From: an uncultured bacterium
GTDB taxonomy: Bacteria > Vulcanimicrobiota > Xenobia > Xenobiales > Xenobiaceae
Direction: 5' to 3'
Assembly (NCBI GenBank): GCA_958366945.1
Contig: CATXCY010000005.1
Span: forward strand, 19,708 to 83,707
Length of the DNA stretch: 64,000 nt
Below are positions 9,292 through 17,190 of the stretch, one piece after another (position 1 is the stretch's first letter; every line of letters starts with the position of its first letter). Both the position numbers and the translations under genes were made by a program. A model generated the notes under the pieces. The model worked only from the letters and a program-made list of their open reading frames with translations. It had not been told where the DNA came from and did no database searches.

Positions 9292-10149
9292 TTATTTCTT
9301 GGTGGCAGCTTTGGTAGAATCAGCTCCTTTGTTTTTTGTATTGGCTTGAGCTTTAGTATTCTTGTCATCTTTGCTGGGGGGGCCTGGTTGAACTTTTTGG
9401 GGGTCAGCCTTTGTAAGTGACATGTCAAATTCTTTGTTTTTGTCAGTAGCTTTAAGGTGAATAGAAATTATGTTGTCACCCTTGACAATAATAGGAGCTT
9501 TGTCAAATTTGACAAGTGTATAGGAGTCAGTCGCTTTTTTAGCTTTGCCTTTGTCGGAATAAACTAAGACATTGTTGACATATACTTCCATGTCATTGTT
9601 GTAAAAAACATTCATGGTTGTATTTTTATAAAGAGTTGGATCTTCAACATTAAAGACACGGCGTAAAAGCAAGTTGTTACTATTGTCATTCCAGCTAATT
9701 TGGGTAGCGGGATCGAGTTCTGAGTTACCAGTTTTTATGACATTTCCCATAGGAGCTTGTCTTGTTCCCCAAGCTTTGGAATTAAAGTCTTGAGAGAACC
9801 AGCTGGGATTGTTGTTGACAAAAGTTTTGTAAGCGTCATCATTCATGACAATATATTGCCATTCGTCGCCATTACTGACACCTTCAGTAATTTTCTGACC
9901 TTGATGTCGGTAATAACCTGACTTTGTCAATTCTTTTTTGTCAGCATTAGGTTGGTGGGCTATAGCTTTAGATAATTTCTCATCAACCTTTACCTTTTCA
10001 GTGTTCACTTGTTCAGGCGTGCTTTGAGCTGTTGGTGTAGTTGGGCTTTGAGGAATTTTATTGTCAGCTGTATTATCGGGGCTGCAAGCGCTTAAAGATA
10101 AGCACAAAAGAGCTGCTGCTGATAAGAAAAAAGATTTTTTTAACGACAT
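9292..10149 (-). CDS. lipoprotein of unknown function
   Basis: The signal peptide carries a lipobox (MSLKKSFFLSAAALLCLSLSAC). A P/T/Q-rich linker is followed by a globular domain. The ATG at 10149 is preferred over the upstream TTG at 10167. Confidence 0.7.
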   Translation of the reverse strand: MSLKKSFFLSAAALLCLSLSACSPDNTADNKIPQSPTTPTAQSTPEQVNTEKVKVDEKLSKAIAHQPNADKKELTKSGYYRHQGQKITEGVSNGDEWQYIVMNDDAYKTFVNNNPSWFSQDFNSKAWGTRQAPMGNVIKTGNSELDPATQISWNDNSNNLLLRRVFNVEDPTLYKNTTMNVFYNNDMEVYVNNVLVYSDKGKAKKATDSYTLVKFDKAPIIVKGDNIISIHLKATDKNKEFDMSLTKADPQKVQPGPPSKDDKNTKAQANTKNKGADSTKAATKK

Positions 10150-10239
10150 GAAAGCTTTTAACCTCAAATAGAATTTTGCAATTTCAAACTTCAGTAGCCT
10201 TTAATTGAATCCCTTTTATATAGTCTGTTAGCGTATTTT

Positions 10240-10545
10240 TGAGTTTATGTCAGACTTTTATCCGTTGTCAGACAATAATATAGAGAGTAGGGGAGGAGTG
10301 TTACTGACAAATAATGTTGCAAGTCAGTAGTATATCAGTAATGCGCTGACACATGTCAGTAGTGTGCTTGACACATGTCTGTAATGTATTATTGTTGTTA
10401 CTGGCAAATGTCAGACATTTAATGTGTTACACGTAATATAGTATTTTCTTTGTATAAAACACTATATATAGTATGCTGCCATTACTGTCAAATGTCGGTA
10501 GTATGTCAGCTATATGTCAGACGGCGTGTCTGTAGTGCTTTGTAG
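10240..10545. repeat. cluster of TGTC(A/T)GACA palindromes and TGTCWGTARTG direct repeats in the mnmG-parB intergenic region
   Basis: Read directly: atgtcagac (10248), ttgtcagacaat (10265), ctgacaaat (10305), gtcagtagtat (10323), atcagtaatg (10336), ctgacacatgtcagtagtgtg (10346), gacacatgtctgtaatg (10370), atgtcagacattt (10408), ctgtcaaatgtcggtagtatgtcagc (10485), atgtcagacgg (10514), gtgtctgtagtgc (10526). Confidence 0.6.
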
Positions 10546-10923
10546 TGCATAACTACATCTATTTTTATAAATCATTTTGCAATGGCTTTTATCTTAAATT
10601 AAAAACACATGTTTTGCTAAGTATAAGTTTACACAAATAATCATTAAGAAAATCGATTATTGATTATAAAAATGTAATAATTATGCTAGTTAAAATGCGT
10701 AATTAAAAGCTCTAGCTATAGATGGAATTATTAGTTGTGCTTATTTGTTTACTCTTTTTGCCCGGGAAGGTAATAAAAACAGAGGGAAGAATGCAAAGAG
10801 AATTTTAGAACTGCAAGAACTACGAGGATGACCTGGTAATATTGTGTCCAGATGGACTTTTTTTATCGGTGATCTTACGACTTTAAGTCGTAGTTAGTTC
10901 AGTTTTTAGCAGACGAAAGGTCC

Positions 10924-11838
10924 TTGATTGGTTTGGACAGTTCAACTTCCGCAAAATTGACTGCTGAGCATCTGCCAGAGGACGGCTTTTCTTCGCAAAA
11001 TGATTTGGACTTAGAAGTTAAAGAAATTTCTATAGACGATATTTTGCAAAATCCGCTGCAACCTAGACGGGTTTTTGAAGAATCCGCTTTACAGGAATTA
11101 GCCGATTCCATAAAGGCTAATGGCATTATTCAGCCTGTCATTGTTACCAAATTACCAGAAGGCTACCGTCTGGTAGTGGGTGAACGCAGGTTTAGAGCGG
11201 CTAAAATGATCGGCCGCCAAACTATTCCAGCTATAGTTCGCAATTTGACCAACAAAGATATGTTGGAGCTGGCTTTAGTTGAAAATTTGCAACGCCAAGA
11301 TTTAAATCCCATTGAAGAAGCTCAGGCGCTCTCTTTTTTAATTGGAGAATTTAAGTTCTCTCACTATAAATTGGCTGAGCGCATAGGCAAAAGTCGCCCT
11401 TACATTACTAATTCTTTGCGTCTTTTGAGTTTGCCGATTCCTATAAAGGACGATTTACAGAATAATGTGCTTTCCAGCGGCCACGCCAGAGCTATTTTGT
11501 CACTTGAAGACGAGGTTCGTCAAATAGAAGCTTGGGAACACGTTAAAGTTGAGCAACTCTCCGTACGCAAAACTGAGGAGTATGTAAATACTCTCAAGGG
11601 ATTGAATGATTCTGCTGAAGAGTTGACAGAAAGTCATTCTGACAAAAAAACTGTTGCCGCCAAAGAGCCTCTTTCTCCTGAATGGAGAGATCTTTTGGAG
11701 AAACTTCGTTACAGTTTCGGCGCTGACATACGTTTAAATTCCCGTTCTGATGGCAAAGGCAGGCTAGAATTTCACTTTAAAAATCAGGAAGAACTGGAAA
11801 GAATTGTCGAATGTTTTATTTACCTGATGAAGTCTTAG
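10924..11838 (+). CDS. parB: ParB/Spo0J/Noc-family chromosome partitioning protein; TTG start proposed
   Basis: The ParB N-terminal box (GIIQPVIVTKLPEGYRLVVGERRFRAAKMIG) and an HTH region (SHYKLAERIGKSRPYITNSLRLLSLP) are present. No parA or soj gene is adjacent. Confidence 0.85.
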   Translation: MIGLDSSTSAKLTAEHLPEDGFSSQNDLDLEVKEISIDDILQNPLQPRRVFEESALQELADSIKANGIIQPVIVTKLPEGYRLVVGERRFRAAKMIGRQTIPAIVRNLTNKDMLELALVENLQRQDLNPIEEAQALSFLIGEFKFSHYKLAERIGKSRPYITNSLRLLSLPIPIKDDLQNNVLSSGHARAILSLEDEVRQIEAWEHVKVEQLSVRKTEEYVNTLKGLNDSAEELTESHSDKKTVAAKEPLSPEWRDLLEKLRYSFGADIRLNSRSDGKGRLEFHFKNQEELERIVECFIYLMKS

Positions 11839-11899
11839 ATCGCAGTTTGGTCTTTAGGGGCTTTCTGCAGCCGTAGTTAGCCACAGTTAGTTGGGTTTT

Positions 11900-12622
11900 A
11901 TGGAGATTTTAATGAAAGAGCTTATCAGACAGGGCATACAGTCTATAGATAATCCCTTAATAAAAGCGACTGAAGAAGAGCTTGATCGTCTAGCCGAATT
12001 TGCACAAAATTTGCTTGAGCATGGCAGCGAGAGGGGACTTACGGCTTTAACAAATCCTGAAGATATAGTTAGAGAGCTGATTGTTGATTCTTTGGGAGCT
12101 ATGCCATACATTGGGCAAGATCAGCGTATTGCTGATATTGGATCTGGTGCTGGTGTACCCGGCATACCTTTAGCTATAGTGCGTCCTGAATCATTTTTCA
12201 TTTTGGTTGAATCTCAGAATCGAAAGTCCGCTTGGATCGAAGAACAAATCTTAAATTTGGGCATTCAAGCCAAAGCTCATGCTTTGCCTATGCGTATAGA
12301 AGATGTTGCCCACAGTGATAACTGGCGTGGCAAGCTGGACTTTGTTACTGCTAAAGCTCTTTCTGCGTTACCGTCTTTAATAGAATTAGCAGTTCCGCTC
12401 TTAAAAGTAAATGGTTGTCTTTTAGCTTATAAGGGTGTGAAGTTCCAAGAAGAAATTGAACAATCGGCCAATGCTTTAGATAAACTTCACGCTAAAGTTG
12501 ATGAAATATTTTCTTACACTCTTTATGGGCGCGAGCGTCATATATGTGTTATAAGAAAAATGAAGCCTACACCTAAGTCTTATCCAAGACGAGTAGGAAT
12601 GCCTCAGCACAGTCCACTTTAA
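11900..12622 (+). CDS. rsmG: 16S rRNA (guanine527-N7)-methyltransferase RsmG (GidB)
   Basis: It has the SAM-binding motif DIGSGAGVPGIPLAI and an RsmG-like length. It lies in the origin-proximal gid cluster. Confidence 0.85.
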   Translation: MEILMKELIRQGIQSIDNPLIKATEEELDRLAEFAQNLLEHGSERGLTALTNPEDIVRELIVDSLGAMPYIGQDQRIADIGSGAGVPGIPLAIVRPESFFILVESQNRKSAWIEEQILNLGIQAKAHALPMRIEDVAHSDNWRGKLDFVTAKALSALPSLIELAVPLLKVNGCLLAYKGVKFQEEIEQSANALDKLHAKVDEIFSYTLYGRERHICVIRKMKPTPKSYPRRVGMPQHSPL

Positions 12623-12643
12623 TTAACAGCTTTTCCACAAAAA

Positions 12644-12675
12644 GCACAGCCAAAGTTGTGGCTGTGCTTTTTTTA
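12644..12675 (+). terminator. rho-independent terminator of rsmG
   Basis: GCACAGCC-aaagtt-GTGGCTGTGC followed by T7. Confidence 0.8.
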
Positions 12676-12695
12676 TCAAAGATAGTGCAATAATC

Positions 12696-13009
12696 TGTGG
12701 AAAAAATGTTAATAATGTTGATAACTTATAAAAGTAACAAAGTGCATATTGGCGATTTCAGTTGCGTGTAGTTCTAAATATTGAAAAATAACCAAAAATG
12801 TACATAAATTTTACCTATATATACCCATTGTAACGTATACAAGAGCAAAAATATTTCAATAATGCTTAGCAATTTATAAGCCAAAACTCTCTAAGTTAAA
12901 ACTTTTATACAGCTAATTGCGAAAAAATGTGAATAAAGTTGTGGAAAAGTGTACTATTCAAACAAATGTAAAAAAATATATACACTGCCTGTGTAAAACT
13001 TGTGAATAA
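12696..13009. promoter_or_regulatory. secondary cluster of DnaA-box-like 9-mers upstream of the DUF362 gene
   Basis: TGTGGAAAA at 12696-12704 and 12940-12948, and TGTGAATAA at 12928-12936 and 13001-13009. Each is one mismatch from TGTGGATAA. They sit in a 510 bp AT-rich non-coding region. Confidence 0.35.
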
Positions 13010-13133
13010 TGTGCACAAATAGAAATTTTTCTGCTTTATAAAACTAAAATATAGATGATATTATCAAGGGAAAGAACAATTTTACGCCAAAATTATTAAA
13101 TGTATCTATTACTTTCATAAAAATTACACTTTA

Positions 13134-14258
13134 GTGAGGATTGCTGCTGTGGCTAAATCTAAAGTTTATTTTGCTGATATATCTGTCAGTATGGAAAGAC
13201 CTTTATTAGTAAAATTTCGTCACCTTTTGGAAAAGTCTGGCTTAAAAGAGCTTCCCTTAAAAGATCATTTTGTAGCTATCAAAACTCATTTTGGTGAGTT
13301 CGGAAATTTGGCAGCTCTGCGTCCCAACTATGCTAGAGTTTTATGTGATTATATAAAAGAATTGGGCGGACGTCCTTTTTTGACTGATTGCAATACTTTA
13401 TACGTTGGTGGACGCAAAAATGCACTCGACCATTTAGATACGGCCAATTTTAATGGTTATAGTGTTATTACTACCGGAGTACATAATATTATTGCCGATG
13501 GTCTTAAAGGTAATGATGAAGTTGAAGTTCCGGTAGAAGGTGGAGAATATATTAAAAAGGCTAAAATTGGCCGTGCCATTATGGATGCCGACGTTTTTAT
13601 TTCCTTAAGCCACTTTAAAGGGCATGAAATGGCCGGCTTTGGTGGAGCTTTGAAAAACATTGGTATGGGCTCTGGCTCGAGAGCTGGCAAAATGGATATG
13701 CATTGTGCCGGTAAACCTACCGTAAATGAAAGCTTGTGTGTCGGTTGTCGTCGTTGTCAAAAAATTTGTGCCCATAATGCTCCAACTCTCAAAGGCAAAG
13801 TTATGTTTATTGATCACGACAAGTGTGTCGGTTGCGGTCGTTGCTTAGCTATTTGCCCTCGTGATGCTATTGAAGCCAATGGCTACGATTCTAGCGATAT
13901 TATGAATCGCAAGATCGCTGAATATAGCAAGGCAGTTATTGATAAACGCCCTCACTTCCATATCTCTTTGGCCATAGATATTACTCCCACTTGTGATTGT
14001 CATGCTGACAATCCTTTGCCTATTGTTCCTAATGTAGGTATGTTCGCTTCTGCTGATCCTGTGGCTATAGATGTAGCTTGCGCAGATATGGTCAACAAAC
14101 AGCAACCTATTCCGGGAAGTGTTTTGGCTGAAAGTAAAGTTGAAGGTGGCGATCATTTTTATAAAACAGCTCCAGTAACCAATTGGCGCAGCTGTGTCGA
14201 GCATGCTCAAAAAATTGGCATAGGTTCTATGGATTATGAGTTAATTAAAGTCAACTAA
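13134..14258 (+). CDS. DUF362-family protein with 2x[4Fe-4S] ferredoxin domain
   Basis: Two CxxCxxCxxxCP-type motifs are present (CVGCRRCQKICAHN and CVGCGRCLAICPRD). The N-terminal DUF362-like region is present. GTG start. Confidence 0.75.
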   Translation: MRIAAVAKSKVYFADISVSMERPLLVKFRHLLEKSGLKELPLKDHFVAIKTHFGEFGNLAALRPNYARVLCDYIKELGGRPFLTDCNTLYVGGRKNALDHLDTANFNGYSVITTGVHNIIADGLKGNDEVEVPVEGGEYIKKAKIGRAIMDADVFISLSHFKGHEMAGFGGALKNIGMGSGSRAGKMDMHCAGKPTVNESLCVGCRRCQKICAHNAPTLKGKVMFIDHDKCVGCGRCLAICPRDAIEANGYDSSDIMNRKIAEYSKAVIDKRPHFHISLAIDITPTCDCHADNPLPIVPNVGMFASADPVAIDVACADMVNKQQPIPGSVLAESKVEGGDHFYKTAPVTNWRSCVEHAQKIGIGSMDYELIKVN

Positions 14259-14282
14259 AATTTAAACATATATTTTTGGCTA

Positions 14283-14320
14283 AGAGCTCTGTTTATTATG
14301 AATGGAGCTCTTTTTTTTTA
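14283..14320 (+). terminator. rho-independent terminator
   Basis: AGAGCTC-loop-GAGCTCT followed by T9. Confidence 0.75.
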
Positions 14321-14430
14321 TTGTTGTTTATAAATAGTAGTGATAACCTTGATTAGTTTTTTACTTTAAGAGCTACGCATAATGTTAAATGTGCATAAAA
14401 GTTACCTATGATATTCATTTTTATATTTTA

Positions 14431-14446
14431 TGTTTCGCGTGAAACA
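14431..14446. promoter_or_regulatory. parS site (ParB binding/loading site), one mismatch
   Basis: TGTTTCGCGTGAAACA compared with the consensus TGTTNCACGTGAAACA. Confidence 0.75.
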
Positions 14447-14462
14447 TAAAATATATGGGGTA

Positions 14463-14478
14463 GGTTTCACGTGAAACA
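14463..14478. promoter_or_regulatory. parS site (ParB binding/loading site), one mismatch
   Basis: GGTTTCACGTGAAACA, a 14 bp perfect palindrome GTTTCACGTGAAAC. It lies 17 bp from the first site. Confidence 0.8.
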
Positions 14479-14813
14479 ATTGAAATTAATCTAATCAGTT
14501 TACTTTAATTAGTTTTGTTATTTGTTTGTATACAACATATAGTATTTTTTGCTTTATATAGTTGCTATGTATCCACATTTATAATACATATCACACGTTT
14601 GCCGGTTTGACATTTAGCTAATGGATGCAAGTTATGACTTGCTATTACATTTGCTGAAAAATTTTGATATCTAGACAATCCGACATTATGATAAAAATTT
14701 TTATCTTATAATCCAAATAGGCTAGGGTAGGGGACAGGTGGTATTTGATGGTCTTGTGAGGTGGCTTATATTTTTAATAGCTTACGCATTTTTTTATAGA
14801 TATTTGTTACTAA

Positions 14814-14853
14814 AATAAAAAAATCTCCGGCAGTGATTACTGCCGGAGATTTT
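14814..14853. terminator. bidirectional terminator
   Basis: A-run, then ATCTCCGGCAGT-gatt-ACTGCCGGAGAT, then T-run. It sits downstream of the convergent lipoprotein gene. Confidence 0.8.
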
Positions 14854-14938
14854 GGCTACTAGATAGCCTAGCTTATTTCATCATCGCCATTATTGATGGC
14901 TTTTAGTTACGAGATAGCCAGTTCTTTTACTCGCTCTA

Positions 14939-17065
14939 CTAGTAAATGTTTAATTCATTTCTATCTATAACGGTAGAGGCGTCGTCACCGTCTAAAAGGA
15001 TATTTCTCGATCTCATAACTTCATCAATGATGTTTTGAGCGCGGCAGCCATTATATTTGGCATCTACTTTAAGCATGGCAATAGCTGCTCTGCGGTATAC
15101 GAATTTTTGAGCAAGTTGAAACTGATTATCAAATTCTCCCTTCTCCATGTCGCCCAATCCCCACATCAGCAATTCCATGGCTTCTTGACCGGCAGCTTTT
15201 AAGGCTATAGCACTATCCATGCCTGCGTCTATATTACGTTGAGCAATGCCTGTCATTATGTCGTAAAAAGCACCGCTAAATATAAGAGAGGCTGTCAAAT
15301 GTTCACTCTTGCCGGATATCACCTCTAATGTATCGTAGTTAATTGTTTTGTTGCAATTTATTCCTTCTCTCCATTTGTCATTGTTGATTAGTTGGCGTAA
15401 GCAATCGCGTTTATTGTATTGACCGACTTCTTCGCCAATAGACGATAAACAATTGACTTTTCGCCAATTACCTTGACATTGTTTGACGGCCAAACGACAA
15501 ACATCGATATTTTGAGATGACATGTACAAGGCTACTATGTCTTTAAAAGCCTCTTCAAAGCAAGGAATTTCACCCATAAGGATCTGTAAATCGTCTCTGC
15601 AAGGAAATGGATGCTTAATCATGTCTCCTAAGATAAAAGCGCCGGTTTCTCTGGCGACTATCTCTCCGGAAGCTCCAGCGTAAATATTTTGACCATTTTC
15701 ATTAGGGGCATAAGGAAGTGTTATAAGTGAACCATTTCCGTAAAGATGTGGATTTAAACGTACATCAGGTTCTGGCCGATATGTAGTAGAATAATAACCA
15801 CCAATTTTCATATAGGCTTCATTTAATTCATACGGTTCTATTGCAGTGGAAAATACATCTATGTGACTGAATTTGCTGCCATTTCTGCAACCATTTGATA
15901 AAATTGCTGTTATTTTTTCTGACGTTTGAATAATGGTAGCTAGACAGTTGGCAGCGACATATTTTTCTGGATCTGTTTTGTAGTCAAAAACGTAATTCTT
16001 CTGGCTATTAGGATAAAATTCAAAATATTGTGTAAACCCTGAGCTACCACGATATGGAGCGAGCTCATATTCAACTCCTGCGTTGTCAAGTGTGAAAGAC
16101 ACCGTCGTGGGAGGCATTACGGTATTATCTTGTGGGTTGTAAGAAAATTCCCACAAATGATTGCGAGCTACCTGAAAAGCGCCTGAAGAATTTGATACGT
16201 TCCCGTTGGCAGTTTTGATAGTTACATTAATGGAATAGTCACCTCCAGAAGATTGCACAATATCAAATCGGCCAATTCTGTAAGGATCGCGTATCATTAA
16301 GGCTTCGCCGGCTACTTGAGGTAAATCTATTTCGTCGACTAACCCTATAACATCGTCTATGACAACATTGTCGGCGGTAATTAACTTTAATGTGCAAGTG
16401 ATGTAGCCGCCTTTAGCAGTTTCGGTTTTGTCAGGCTGAAGTTCCCATCTGGCGCCTTTAACTGAATGAATAGCAGTATCTACTTCTTCTGTCTCAACTT
16501 TAGCTAACTTGCCCAGAGCTACTTTACCGAGAGAACTTTGAGTTTGTGTTTGGTCCAGCTTTAACCTAGTACTACTGACGGCAGCTACTTTGTCTTCGTC
16601 GTTGTAATAGAAGCAAGTAATGGTATTGGCGTCTTGGGGAACGTCCTTTATAGCCATTTCTTTAGCCTCAGAATCGAGGTTCAGAGTGCCTTCCAGAAGC
16701 TTAGCTTGACCTTCGCCATCGTCGAGATCTTTAGCTACGAGGTAGCGAGCTTTGACTACTTTCAAATTTTGCAATTCGGCAATAGATTTAGAGTCAAATT
16801 GCAAACTGATTTGACGACTTTCTTCTTCCGTAGGCTGCTCCGGATTGGGAGTATTTGGAGTATTGGGGGTACTCGGAGTTGCAGGTGTAGTAGGTGTACT
16901 CGGATCGTTAGGCGTAGGCTCTGTAGAAGGAGTAGAAGTTGAAGAAGAAGCGGGGAACGCGGGAGTAGTACTTCCGCTGTCGCCACAACCGGAAATGAAG
17001 GCACTTCCAAAGATTAGGCTAGTAGCAATAGCTGAATATGCGAAAACGCGTGCTTTTTTGTTCAT
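14939..17065 (-). CDS. surface lipoprotein, variable paralog A (708 aa)
   Basis: Lipobox signal peptide (SAFISGC), a P/T-rich linker, and a conserved N-terminal ~150 aa. The middle is variable. The C-terminal module (CRLAVKQCQG...FSGAFYDIMTGIAQRNID...KAAGQEAMELL) is conserved and shared with the downstream paralog. Confidence 0.85.
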   Translation of the reverse strand: MNKKARVFAYSAIATSLIFGSAFISGCGDSGSTTPAFPASSSTSTPSTEPTPNDPSTPTTPATPSTPNTPNTPNPEQPTEEESRQISLQFDSKSIAELQNLKVVKARYLVAKDLDDGEGQAKLLEGTLNLDSEAKEMAIKDVPQDANTITCFYYNDEDKVAAVSSTRLKLDQTQTQSSLGKVALGKLAKVETEEVDTAIHSVKGARWELQPDKTETAKGGYITCTLKLITADNVVIDDVIGLVDEIDLPQVAGEALMIRDPYRIGRFDIVQSSGGDYSINVTIKTANGNVSNSSGAFQVARNHLWEFSYNPQDNTVMPPTTVSFTLDNAGVEYELAPYRGSSGFTQYFEFYPNSQKNYVFDYKTDPEKYVAANCLATIIQTSEKITAILSNGCRNGSKFSHIDVFSTAIEPYELNEAYMKIGGYYSTTYRPEPDVRLNPHLYGNGSLITLPYAPNENGQNIYAGASGEIVARETGAFILGDMIKHPFPCRDDLQILMGEIPCFEEAFKDIVALYMSSQNIDVCRLAVKQCQGNWRKVNCLSSIGEEVGQYNKRDCLRQLINNDKWREGINCNKTINYDTLEVISGKSEHLTASLIFSGAFYDIMTGIAQRNIDAGMDSAIALKAAGQEAMELLMWGLGDMEKGEFDNQFQLAQKFVYRRAAIAMLKVDAKYNGCRAQNIIDEVMRSRNILLDGDDASTVIDRNELNIY

Positions 17066-17082
17066 GATAATCTCCTCTCAGG
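16605..17082. repeat. 478 bp direct repeat, copy 1 (5' end of lipoprotein A plus the RBS region)
   Basis: Identical to 18767..19244 except one substitution at 17053. The overlapping antisense ORFs in the track have identical translations (16634..16942 matches 18796..19104). Confidence 0.9.
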
Positions 17083-17190
17083 TAGAGATATTAAGTTGCA
17101 ATGTTTACTTTTGCTCATATTGGAGAGCAAAGTTGTGGTAAGCGGACTTTAGCCATAAAGCCCGCCAGATTAACAAAATGATTAGCTTAG

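Noticed and set aside
10240-10545. Possibility that the TGTCAG repeat arrays are CRISPR arrays
   Set aside because: The repeat units are only 9-11 bp, degenerate, irregularly spaced and lack unique spacers of 25-40 bp. No cas genes are present.
14259-14938. 680 bp AT-rich non-coding region considered as a possible mobile-element remnant or ncRNA
   Set aside because: I found no inverted terminal repeats, target duplications or transposase fragments. The features that stand out (two parS sites, two terminators) explain the region adequately.
16634-17141. Antisense ORFs (16634..16942, 16762..17010, 16845..17141 and their duplicates at 18796..19351) encoding G/V/L/R-rich peptides
   Set aside because: They lie entirely within the P/T-rich linker of the lipoprotein genes on the opposite strand. 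Low-complexity codon repeats generate long spurious reverse-strand ORFs. Their duplication simply reflects the 478 bp repeat.
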